Shown here piece after piece: positions 25,173 through 36,999 of a stretch of 60,417 bases of DNA. Position numbers and translations under genes: made by a program. The notes under the pieces were generated by a model. The model did no database searches. It saw only the letters and a program-made list of their open reading frames with translations, and was not told where the DNA came from. Position 1 is the first letter of the stretch. The number at the start of each line of letters is the position of its first letter. Source of the stretch: Pseudovirgaria hyperparasitica (Eukaryota); assembly GCA_010093815.1 (NCBI GenBank), contig ML996589.1, one strand, 5' to 3'.

Positions 25173-28100
25173 TTCTTATCCTTATAAGACTTTCTATAAG
25201 TATCTTTTTCTCCTATACCTCCTCCTTCTTTTCTTCCTTATTAGTTTCTAATAGGGCCCGTTCTATAGTAACGAAATAGGCCTTCGATAGGTAGGCTTCG
25301 ATTACACGACCGGCTTTAATATATAGTAGGTGGAATTCGCGTAAACGCCATTATGTCTTCTTTCGAGCATTACTTACTTTAATAATAAGTTTTATTATTT
25401 TATAGTAATGATAGGGTTTATCATCCTCTTTTAATAATAGAGTTCATCGTCCTTTTTCGATAATAGAGTTTATCGTTATGAGACTACTTTTATAAGCATC
25501 CCTTCCCTCCTTAAAAAAACTTCTATCCCCTAGAAGGAGATATCGATTCTAGGGAAACGTAAATATTCTTCTCTATTAAAGTCTTACGGAGTAGGAATTA
25601 CTACTTCTACCCGGGTTCGTGTGGCGTCGTCGAGGTGTTCCGTAAGTTATTTATAATAGTTTTCCTTATCGCTACTCTCCTTATTTTCCTTAGTAATTCT
25701 TCTAATTAGTAGTCGCGAGGGCTCGTCGTAACTCTCGTTACTTACATTTCTTATAAAATATTTCTTTAACCTATGGCTAGGAAACGTCCCTCTAAGTATG
25801 GCTCTATTAAGCTCCGCGAGCTTATAAGTATAATTAAACACGGACTAGATTCTATATAGCCCCCTCTAATACTACCTTAGCTTCCGCCCTATATCCTTCT
25901 ATTACTGCGAGTTATATAGGAGGATAATCGTATTAACTAGTAACGACTCTTAACGAAGGTAATAGTCGTTATTCCATGCCTCTCTCGATTCCTTACGCGT
26001 TCGTATTACGTGGGCATAGGCCTCCTTAAGATTCTTAGATCTTCTCTTAAGTTATCTAGCTCGAAGAGCGAGTAAGTCGGACATTAATCGCACCTCGTTC
26101 TAAGGGAGCATTCGGAGCGACTTGAATTCGACTTCGATAGATATAATTAGTTTATAGCCGAGTACGAGGTATACGGTACTATACCCTATACTAGTACGTA
26201 TCGTTATTCTATCTACCTAGACGACCGCATGGAGGTAGCTAGGCTAGTTCTTGAATCCGCTATTAGTTATCTTCGCGAGAGTATTAGCGAGTAGTATAAA
26301 ACTTCTCTCGATAATTCTATTTACTCGGGGATTATACGTAGACGTAACCTTCTAATAAATTCTATAGAGTTAGAGGAGCTCCTCTATAGCACCTATATTT
26401 TCTCTACTACCGTTATAGGTGATTTTAGGAATGATTCCGTATCTATAGATTACGTTCTTAAAGAGGAACTTTATAACGACTATGGACGTGGCTACCGTAC
26501 ATGCCTCCGCCTTAGTCTATCCGCTTAGCTATTCTTATATAGATACTACTTTACTATACCCTATAGAAGGTGGTAGCGTCGTTACGTCTAAGTATATTCT
26601 TTACTAAAGAATAGACGTTATAACGTGGTAGAGCCCTTTATTAAGACCTCCGAGGAGTTTACTTCGTCGTTAATATTTATTATAGGTTTTCACGTGCTAT
26701 CGCACGTCTCTACGTATACCTACCTACTAATACTTATTCTTAATCCTTCCGAGGGTCCCTTCGCTACCTCTATAATCTATCTCGTTATAAGTGGTGGTAA
26801 TTATACGCGCCCTAGTATTCGGATCCTTAATTACTCGTGTATATTAGCGATGCCTATCTCCTCTCCGCTAGAGTATTCGGTTATATATAAGGAACTTTAG
26901 GTAGTCGGTTATAAAGGCCTTATACGCTCGGTCGGTTAGATCGGTTAGCCTCTTGAGTATAGTAAGGTACTTTATAATCCTCTACTATTTATCGCTATAT
27001 TCATCTATTAAGGGAGACTTAATAGTAGTATAGTCGAGTGTCTCTATTATGTAATCTCTCCCGCTAACGGGCTTAATTAACGACGTCTCTAGTATATCTA
27101 TATATAGAGCCATGTCTATAAACTCGTCTAGGTTAAAGGTAGGAACGTCTAGTAGTTCTTCTCCTTTATATATCCGTAAGATGCTATCGGCGACTATATT
27201 ATGCTTTCTAGATATATATCTAACTATAAAGTTCTATAGCTAAATCCACGCAAGCCACCTAGTAACGAGCGCCCCTAGTAAGTTAGTTATAGTACGGTTA
27301 ATTTAAGCGACTAGAGTATTCGCGTCTATTTCCATAATAAAGTGCGTGCTATAGAGGTATTACCGGAACTTCTATAACGTATAGAGGAGGGCTCGGTACT
27401 CTAGCTTTACGGTGTCGTAGTTTCTCTTAGCTTTTAACCATATTCCTCTATTATACCGCGATAGCTAACGTTTATAATCCTCGTTCTCCTATATTAACGT
27501 AGCTCCCTACCTAACGTTACTAGAGTCTACTACTAGAATTATATCTCCCGTATCTATTCCGTACCGTAACGTTATTAGTGCGGGAGTAGTAGTTAGAGCT
27601 ATCTTTAGCGCGTCCATTAAGGTCTACTCCTTAGCTATCTACTACTAGGCCGATTCATTCTTTAATAGTATAAATAGCGGTGATGTAATAATAGCGTACC
27701 CGGGGATCTATATCCGGAAATATATATAAACGCTAAGGAAGGCTCGCATATTCGTCGTGTTTTTATAGGGTTTCCAGTCCCTAATAGTAGTAACCTTTTC
27801 ATTACTCGGTCGCCTCCCTTTAATATTATAGACGTATTCTATAACGTTAGCGGCTTTAATATACTACTAAGTCTTCTTACTACTTAGGGCGTATCCGGCG
27901 CGCTCTATATCCGCGAGAACCTTATCTACGTTAATTAAATATTCTAGGATATACCTACGAATTCTAGGTAGGGCCTCCTTAGAGTTATATTTCGTTATAG
28001 GTCCTTTAATACCTAAGTTATCTAGGAATAGTAGAGCCCTCTCCGGGATATGTTCTTATATAATAGTTAATATAATTCTAACGAACTAAGCTACTAAATT

Positions 28101-29162
28101 AGTAGCCCCTTAAGGTAATATTATCCCACGTAGTAATCCTAGGGGCGTTATAAACCCCGTTAAGTCTCGGTAATACTCTACTAATAGAATCTAATTATAT
28201 TCTAAGAAGAAGTCGGTAAACGTTAAGACGGCTATCCCCGTAAAGTACTCCGAGAACTCTTTACACGAGGGCGGCGTGGCCGTATTACGAATGGTGACTT
28301 GGTTAATTTCTATCGCCGAATTAATTAACCTGTAATCTCGTTCCTTATTGGCTTTCTTCTTCTTTTCCACGAGAAAATAGACGTTTCGATAAGGACTACT
28401 ATAGGGCTCGAGCCTTCTACTATTAAGACGCTCTTTTAGAATCGTAAGTACCTTCCTATAAAGGGCTCTAGGAATATTAAAGTTCTTAGTCTACTATACC
28501 TTATGTTCTACCGTTCGGATCTCCTATAGAGATGCTACCTCTTCGTTAAATTTACTAAGGTATAAGAATTCCCATGCTAGTGCTTCCTCGCGATATAATA
28601 AGATCGTATATAGTAACTTAAGTTCCGTAGGATGTAGCTCTATTCTAATCTTTAGCTAACTTATACGTAGAGGCGTTAGACGTGTTCCTAGCGGGATAGT
28701 TACCCTTTAAGGCTCTATTAGTCTATTAAACGCGTTAAGGCCTAGATAGACGACTAGAAGAAGTGCCTACCGTGCGATTGCTCGTTCACGCTAGTCTAGA
28801 TACCCTAATAGATTCCTAGGAACCTTTTAGTGGGCTTCGGAGTCATCCACGGGGTGTACTTTAACTCCCTTTCTTTTATATATAGTAGCTATACTAAATC
28901 CCTTTAATACCCCGGATGAATACCGTCTTTAGAGGCCGGTGGAGCCTACTATAAGCCGTTCTATTATCGTGCCTTATTTATATACGAAGGCAGCGTACCT
29001 TACCGCCGTAACTAGGGCGGCTAAGTTATCTTTTCTCGATAACCGAGTAACATTTTTAGGCCGGATTTTCTTAGAAAGTAACTCTATATAACTTATTTCT
29101 ATATCCATATAAAAATATAGCCTATCCCCTTCGTTAGTGGGTTTACTAGACCCTATTTAGTA

Positions 29163-29201
29163 CGGATTATTAGTTAAGGGTAGCCCTTAACTAATAATCC
29201 G
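29163..29201. repeat. Palindrome copy 2 (18-bp perfect arms, 3-nt loop)
   Basis: cggattattagttaaggg-tag-cccttaactaataatccg. Confidence 0.95.
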
Positions 29202-31881
29202 GCTTAACTCTAGCTTCCGGCGATATACTCCGCTATATAGTTAGTCTCTAGCCACGGAGTTACCCTCCTTCTCTAAGACTAGAATATACTTATCCGGACT
29301 AGTTTCGAAGGTTATACGTTCTTATCTATATACGGAGTAGACTATTAAGAGTACTTACCCGGAGGCTAACCTCTATACCGTAAGTAAGGCCTATCTAGTA
29401 TATGGCTCCCCTAGGATAAGGTTATGATTAAGTTTACTATATACGAATATCGAAGTGGCCGTAATAATCCGACCTATATAGATAGGGTATTACTATACTA
29501 TTCCTATAAATGGAGTACTATACTAAGTAGCGCTAACTAAACTCGAGTTCTTTATATATAGTAGAAGCGAAGATATCGCTAGCCTGAGACGCCTCGTAGC
29601 ATCTAGTCAAATACTATTTACCTATACGCTACTATCGAATAGTACTATACTAGTCGCCCTTTTAGGACTAACTTCCACGGGGTACCTTAGATACTCGGCT
29701 ACTAGCCTTACTATTCCTTTCTTAAGCTAATTAATATCTCGTTATATAATAGCCGTCCCCGTGGTATAGAGGGGTGCTAATATATTAAGTTTATTTATCT
29801 CGGGAGCCATAGTATAGTCGTTTCTTCCTTTCTTCTCAGCTCTCTCTTCTTAAGTCTCGTGGACCTCTCTAGCTATAAAGTCGGGGGCGCCCTTCTTGAA
29901 TACTACATGATATAAGTTGCTATTAAGGCTTAATAGTTCGCTAATAGTAATGTTTATAGTTATCCCTAGAACGCGCACTAGCTATGCTTCGCTAGCTTCT
30001 ATGCTTAGCCGCTATCCTTCGCGTAGATAGTTATTAAGCTTAACGCCTCGGATATATGCCTTTTAACTAGGATTTAGGCTATCTCCTTTATCTATCTTAT
30101 CCTCTAGCGCCGTTAGCTCTTATTTAGATGTTCCCTAGTTACTACTCTTCTCGCCGTCCTTCTATTCCTTAATAATTCTTATGTACTACCCTTTACGTAT
30201 TCCGCGGAGATAGGCGATCTTTCTTTCCTTAGTACGATTAGGTATACTCTTCGTGATCCCCCTTCTAGATATTACGAGTATAGCGGGCTCTTCTAGGGCT
30301 ATCTCCTTACGGATATATCTATTACTAGCCACGTCGAAGCGTTCGTAGAATTCTATATATCTATCTTTCTTACTCTTGGGCGATATAACTTCTTCTTCCG
30401 AATTACTATCCGCCGAGGCCTAGTAGAGACCCTTTATAGGTTTTATACTAATACTATATACTAGTACCCCCTATAAAGCGTTAATGTTTACTACGGACGT
30501 AGAAACCTTTACTCCTCCTCCGTACTAGCTTAGACCGTTTTAAACCGTTACTATATAGTTCCGGATAGCTTATAGAGTAGCTTATAGCCCTACCGAGGAG
30601 GGTAGTAATAGAATTTCTTCTCTATTCGCCCCGAAACGCCCTTAGAATACTCGTACCCCGTTAATATTTAGTAATCCGTCTCTAATATATCCTACTATCT
30701 CTAGACATCTATATATTAGGTAATCTCCTCCGCACGTAATGCACACGATCGGTCTTCGAGGCCTATCCTAGGCTATAACGCCTCCTTAGGAGTCTTAGGT
30801 AGAGATGTATTCTCTATTCTATATATAATTCTATAGATAAACTTACGTTAGTTCTATAGGCATGCCTCGTACTTAGAGATATACTAAAAGATTTAGCCTT
30901 CGCGCCTACTAGTTAATAATAGCCGAAAGTAGCTTAGGTTCGTACTTCTTAAGGGATGGGAATAAGAGATTAGAGGTAAAGTAGGACTTTATCTTAATGA
31001 ACGTAAGGTCTAGTTTACTAAATCTCTCTACCATCTTATTAAACTTATCCGATTCTAGCGCGACGTATACTACGACTAGAGAGGGGTAGTTAAATTTATT
31101 AGTTCTTCTTTCTTCATATAACTACTCTTCTAAGCCGGTCTTCTTACTCCCTATCTTTGATTTATAGTATATAGCTATGGCTAGCTCTTATGCGGCTGAG
31201 TACTTATTAATACGAGCTAGTTCCTTAAGTACTCTAGCCTTTTATAATACGAAGCCATAGATAATTACCTAGTTATAACTATATACTTCTATCGTGAGTT
31301 AACATTTCTCTATAGCCCGAGCCTTAAGACTATTAGGCAGCCCTTCTAGGAAGAGCTCTATTTATGAATACGAGCTTAGACTTTCTTTAGCCGTAAGTTT
31401 CTCCGTAATAACACGATACCGGGAGTAGTATATAGGGAGAGAGTAGGATGGGTCTACTTTAACCATTTCCACGTATTTTCGGATAAAGTAGATGGTACCT
31501 TCCTCGAGGGTAGAGTTAAATAGAGAGAATTCCTTTAATAATTCTTCACGTAGCGTGGTCTACTACTATTTCTAAAACCTACTTATTTCTTTAATAGTAG
31601 GACGGAGATAGTCCTCATAGTATAACGGTAGGGAGGTTATCTTCTTATTAGGCGGAACTTTATAGTTTATATATATGTCCTCGTACTTCCGAAGGAAGAC
31701 CGTAATGTTTATTCCTTTAAAGCGCTCGGGGGCTAGGGTAGGTAGAGATACTATCCTTCCTTATCGCGTAAATGCTACGAAGAAGTTAAGCATCTCTCTA
31801 CGAGTTACTAGGTTATTATTTTAAGCTCCTATCGCACCATTACTAGTAGTAGATATGCTAGTAGAGACGCTAGGGGTAAGG

Positions 31882-31909
31882 TTATTAGTTAAGGGATTAC
31901 CTTAACTAA
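31882..31909. repeat. Palindrome copy 3 (degenerate, 10-bp arms)
   Basis: tta-ttagttaagg-gatta-ccttaactaa. Confidence 0.75.
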
Positions 31910-32392
31910 AGGTTAGCCTAATGCGTCTACCTATAATACCTATTATCCCTTCTCTATGTTAACTAATCCCTTTATAAGGTAAACTATTACTATCGTCTTC
32001 ATCGATATAAGGTTCACGGTATCCTACTTATATTATTATCTTCGTGTAAGGCGTTCCTAAAGTAGTATACTCGTGTGGCCGTGTTTATGAATAACAGCTA
32101 TAGTAGCACTAAATAGGTTATATTTATCGTTTTTAAACTCTTCTTTACTACTTTATCTAGCCCTATTTTATATTCTATTCCCCTAAGACATTTTCGAGTC
32201 GCGCTATCACCCGTGTTAGCATGCGTATACTTTTTATAGCTACTTTTAAGAGGCTAGCCCCTAGCGACTCCGGACTCCCTGTTTTCTGGACTCGTGGCTT
32301 TAATCTAGTAAGTCTAGACTACCTTATTAGGTACGCTATATACTTCCCCTAAGCTAGTTTCGGAGTTCTAATCTCCCCCTATAAGTTTATAG

Positions 32393-32409
32393 TCCGGGTA
32401 CGACCTCTA
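32393..32409 (-). promoter_or_regulatory. Primer-binding site (PBS) of element C, probably tRNA-Gln
   Basis: Minus-strand tagaggtcgtacccgga (TGGAGGTCGTGCCCGGA after RIP reversal) lies 4 nt inside the 5' LTR and resembles the complement of fungal tRNA-Gln 3' ends. Confidence 0.65.
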
Positions 32410-32413
32410 AAAT

Positions 32414-32784
32414 TATAGTAAGCTATCGCTACGTGTATCCCTTTTATAAATAGCTATATTCCTAGTATAGTAGTCGGGAGAACTTATAAGTATCTCTCCT
32501 AGGTATTATAAGTTCTCTTTAAACGCACGACTTCTTATTAGTTCTCTTTTATAATAGGACGGGTCTATATAATACTCTTAATTAATTCTTTAATAGCTAA
32601 GTCTAATAATTAATACCCATAGAGGCCTATAAACATAAGGAAAGGTCGAATAGTCGAATATTAGTAATGGGGGGAGCGCGCCGAGCAGAATGACCAAGGA
32701 AAACGCCCTCCTTAAATATATAATAAAGCCATGTAATCGAGCTAGGGACACATACATGTAGGGCTGTAGGAGCGGCCTTCCACA
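32414..32784 (-). repeat. 5' LTR of element C
   Basis: Direct repeat of 21346-21717. Confidence 0.95.
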
Positions 32785-33322
32785 CTAGGATAGATCGTTT
32801 TAGTTGGTATGGGTCTATATAAATATAGATTAGTCGTTACTAGAACTAAAGCGCGTAATATAGCTTTAAGTCTCGTAGTGCGTCCTTAAGCTTCGTCGAG
32901 TTCGCGTAGTTATTACTTAAGTTAAACCTATTATTACCTCTCTTCGTGTAGTCTAGTATATATATCGTTATAAGATATAGTTAACGTTAGGCGATTCTAA
33001 CGGATTAACTCGTTAACGTTAATAAGGTCTAGCCTCATGTTAAGATTAGGTCTAGTATAGTTTAAACTAGACTAAGATAGAGTATAATAGACTCTATCCT
33101 CGTGTTCTATAATATCTTCCATAGTTATACGGAATATCGTGCGAGTTATCGGTGCGATAGCCTATAAGATATAGTTATCGGTGGGGGTAGTTATAGATAG
33201 ACTATTCTCCTCGTTTAGGTTAGGAGAAGGTCTACTATAAGAGGCGGTACCATGAGTATTATAACGAGTGGTTAGAGCCATTTCTATAAACTACCGTCGT
33301 GCTATATAAAGAGGAATTAAAA

Positions 33323-33562
33323 TATAAGGATTATAGACGTAGGATAGTAGTCTAATAGGTTATAGGAGGATTCGGGAATATATTTAAAAGGGTAGTCTAC
33401 TCTCCTAACGAGGTTGATTTCTAAAGAGTAGGAATTAAGTGTGTGCGGCCTACTTATATAGTAGTCTCGCTTATTCTAGCTAACTTACCCTAGGTCCACC
33501 TGTTACGGACCGTACTAGACCATAGTATTCTAGTTAAGTCTATCCTAGTGTTAGCCCTAATA
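33323..33562 (-). repeat. 5' LTR of element A
   Basis: Direct repeat of 14110-14349. Confidence 0.95.
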
Positions 33563-33566
33563 CTAG

Positions 33567-33635
33567 TCCACTTTAAGTCCACTTTAAGTCCACGTCCTAT
33601 CTATCTCTTATCTATCTTCTATCTATCTCTACTTT
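33567..33635 (+). repeat. 11-bp-period TCCAC array, right part
   Basis: tccactttaag/tccactttaag/tccacgtccta/tctatctctta/tctatcttcta/tctatctctac. Confidence 0.8.
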
Positions 33636-34760
33636 CTATCTATATACTATTCTTATCTCTTATATACCTTAAGTATTATAAGTAAGTAAAAGTACTTTAA
33701 TAACTACTTTTACTAGTATATATTATACTTTCTTATATCTTCTTAATTATATACTAGGCTTTTTTATAGCTTTATACTATTATAGAAAGTTCTCTAGTTT
33801 TTCTATAGAAGCTTAAAAAGAAATCTAAGAGAAAGAAGATAGTCTTCTCTATCTTTAAAAGCTTAATAAATAATTTAAGAATTAGAGAGTTAGAAAAGAT
33901 ATAATATTAGTTATAGAGTAATTACTATAAGATATAAGTAGATATATAGCTAAGAATAGATTTATTATAGTTACTAACTAGACTATTTATACTACTTATA
34001 AGACTTTTATAGATCTAAAGTAATTATAATATTAGTAGCTCTAGTATAATATAGATAATAAAAGAGATAGTAATTACTCTATAGCGGCCGACTAAGATAG
34101 TAAACGCTAGATAGACTATAAATATGATATATCTACTATACTAAAAACTTATTAGAGAGTCTCTTAAATACATGTAAATCTTATATTAGCTACGGGACTA
34201 CTAATAGTAAGGTAGCCTTTTAATGTTATAATATACTTCTCTATATTTACTACCTCTATTAGCCTTTAGAAAAGAATAGTAATAACGAAGTTAGATATTA
34301 TATATGCAAGGCTATTTACCTAGCTATGTTCTTTATAGAAATACATTTTATTAGATTTCTCTCTATAAATTTAATATCGGATATAATAGAGCTTTATATA
34401 AAGATATATACTAGCTAATATACTATATATCATTTAAACACTTAGAGATTATATATAGATTTCTAACTAAGTAACTATTTAATATCGAAGTCTATTTTAA
34501 TACTCTCTTTTATTACTTCTAATAAGATAACTCTAGATAGATATTTAGAAGAACATAGAAAATAAATAAAATCTAGTAGTTAAGGTTATAGTACTTCGTT
34601 ACTTTTAGTTATACTATCTTATAGCTGGTTTTATAATTAAGTAGTAGTAAGAAAATTTAGAATTAAATCTCGTTAGATACGGAGATTCTAATAGTTAAGT
34701 TAGAAGTATACCTAAGACTATAAAATAGCTAAGCTTAGTCTTTCTTTTTAAGAAGATTCT

Positions 34761-34998
34761 TATAAAGAGTAAAGACGTGGGATAGTAGTCTAACAGTTCA
34801 TAGAGAGATATAGGAATGTATTTATAGAGTAATCTTACTCTTATACGAGGTTAATTCCTAACGAGTAGGAATCGGTTTATACGGTCTACTTATATAGTAA
34901 CCTTGCTTAACTTAGCTAACTTAACCTAGCTCTAGCCACTACGTGGCTATATGGATTAGAATAGTCTATATAGGTCCGTTATAGTTCCCGTCCTAATA
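34761..34998 (-). repeat. 3' LTR of element B
   Basis: Direct repeat of 42566-42803; PPT at 35000-35017. Confidence 0.95.
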
Positions 34999-35477
34999 AT
35001 ATCCTTCTTCTTTTTATACTTCGCCCCGAAGTACTTAAGTATATATAATTCTAAGTCTCTATAATCTATCGTGTACCTATATATCCGTAACTAAGTTTCT
35101 ATAATATTATAACTATCCTTAATATAGGTGAACTCGAGATTCTAGTTTACTTTTATTAGTTTATGCACGCGCTTATCCCTTACTTCGTGGCTACTACCTA
35201 GGACACGTAATCGCTACTTTAGTTGAGTATATATTTAGCTTCGCTTACCTTTAATTTTATTCTCTAGTATATCCATCTCGCTCTTAAGGTAAGTCGTTAA
35301 TTTATATACTATCTTCCCTAGTTTAGGTTTAGAAGGGTCTATAGTAGTCTATTCTTATTAGAACCGGTCCTATATAACCTATTCGCGTTATTACGGTTAC
35401 TAATTTAGCTTCGTTAATCGCCGTTAAGGGTAGACGAATATTCCTTTCTTAGATCTCTAGCTAACGTGTATATATAG

Positions 35478-36790
35478 ATATCTAATACTAGTCCTATCTC
35501 TAAGCCTACCTCCTCCTCTTATAAGACTCGCTCTAAAGGTATCGCCTCCTCCCTAGCCACGCCGGCTAAGAAGCCTACCTATTACGGTAGTATAAAGGCG
35601 CGCTCTAAGTCGGAGAAGAGAGTAGCTAGGGCTACTACTACTACTGCCTCTACTACTAATATAGCCACTAGTCGCTCTAATCTAGGTAATCCTAGTACTA
35701 AACTTATAGATAAAGTGGTTATAGGTTCTCCTCTTACTCTAAAGCGTATACCGCCTACTCTATCTTCTCTAGAGAATAAAGAAGATCTTATTATAGATGA
35801 TAATCGCGAGCCCTCGCGCTTACCTACGCCGCCGCCTCACCGCTCTTCCTTCCGGTCTAATATAGACCGATTTAGTCGCTCTAGGTTCTTTTAGGACCTT
35901 AATATTCGCTCTAAACCCTAGCCCACTAATAATAAGGCCTAGGTCGCTAAGGATACTAAACGTGGTCGCGGTTTACGCCATAGAAAAACGGCGAACTACG
36001 GTTCGATATACTATAAGTATATTAAGGACTATACGGCCGGCTCTAAATATCTCTTTCGCTCTAACTCTAGTATTAGCTACTACTCTACTAACCGCGACGG
36101 GCCTATATACTCTATCTTTACTCTACCTACCCGCTACCGCTACTATACCGTGACTAGTAAGACTTATCTATAGGTAAGTATAATAGGCTATCTTAATCTA
36201 GTATAATCTAAAGTAGTCTACGCTAATATATTCTTAGGTTCCTATATATATATAAGATATATATAACGACCTTCGCGTCCGCGAGACCCTTAGGGGTCCT
36301 TATAGCCGTCTATCTACTATATAGAGGGAGTTTAGGGAGCGCTATAAGCTCTTTCTAGAGGTTATTAAAGTATAAGTTACGAGTACGTTAATTATTTTTA
36401 ATACCCGTTAATTTTTCTAGCCGCCGCGAGATCCCTAGCGCCTAGGCTACCTATTCTAGGGAGTCTATTCTAGCTATAGAGGCCGTAGAGAGGATTTACT
36501 CTATCCCCCCCTATCTATCTCGCGCTACTAACGGATCTTATAAGAGGTCTACTATTTCTCCCTCTAAGTCGCCTCGTAAGAGGGTATATATTCTCTTCTA
36601 GATTATTCTAGATTATATTAGCTAACTTTAGACCTAGTCGCTACGCTCCGGCGCTTAAGGCTCTTCCCTCTAGGCTCTAATAGATTAGATTATTACTCTA
36701 GAGGCTAAGGTCGTCGTCCTCCACCGCTATATCGTATAGTTAGAGAGAACTATACTAGAGATTAGGACGGATAATAAGATAGAGGAGTAG
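35478..36790 (+). pseudogene. Antisense spliced accessory gene of element B
   Basis: Homolog of 14837-16140 with the same splice signals (donor 35289, acceptor 35477, donor ~36174) and the same ...EE* end. Confidence 0.7.
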
Positions 36791-36999
36791 CTCTATGGTT
36801 CTAGCTCTATATATTAGCTCTATGCCTAGCTCTATATATTCTAGATCTACTATAGATAGTGCGCGCCGGCTCTGTTTATCTAGCTTTTATCTATTTTAGT
36901 CCTTTTTAGACCGTTTAGATACCTATTAGCTAGTTTCTAGTAATTTAATTCTTAACTTAACGATATTATATATGCGCTCGCTTAGCTTATAACTATCGG

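Larger units (their letters stand above)
25530..32222 (-). pseudogene. gag-pol: Single-frame gag-pol of element C (~2230 codons)
   Basis: Gag FKGINITVFLRKYED; knuckle CITCGGD(H)..(C) at ~30700-30750; protease LFDS(G) at ~29630; YKRKGVKVHPVD; RT GATN.VA(Q)FVRI...FLD(D)LGIKGP at ~28000-28110; integrase with YKLAEL..F..HRLKKYF tail. Gag, protease and integrase are all in the same frame; no chromodomain. Confidence 0.9.
21346..32784 (-). mobile_element. Non-chromoviral (Ylt1-like) Ty3/Gypsy LTR retrotransposon C, 11.4 kb, nested in gag of A
   Basis: LTRs at 21346-21717 and 32414-32784 (TGTGG...CCACA before RIP); 4-bp TSD CTAG at 21342-21345 and 32785-32788; single-frame gag-pol plus an extra ORF. 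Confidence 0.95.
20456..33281 (-). pseudogene. gag: gag of element A, interrupted by element C (segments 33281-32785 and 21345-20456)
   Basis: ATG at 33281; zinc knuckle (C)YKC(QQP)GHIASN(C) at ~20480-20525 just before the stop; collinear with gag of copy B. Confidence 0.85.
14110..33562 (-). mobile_element. Ty3/Gypsy chromovirus LTR retrotransposon, copy A (contains nested element C)
   Basis: 240-bp LTRs at 14110-14349 and 33323-33562; 5-bp TSD CTAGT at 14105-14109 and 33563-33567; gag-PR-RT-RH-INT-chromodomain on the minus strand. Confidence 0.95.

Noticed and set aside
29220..29280. Possible gag/pol frameshift in element C
   Set aside because: Protease, linker and the downstream pol motifs read in the same frame; the TAA is a RIP-type change
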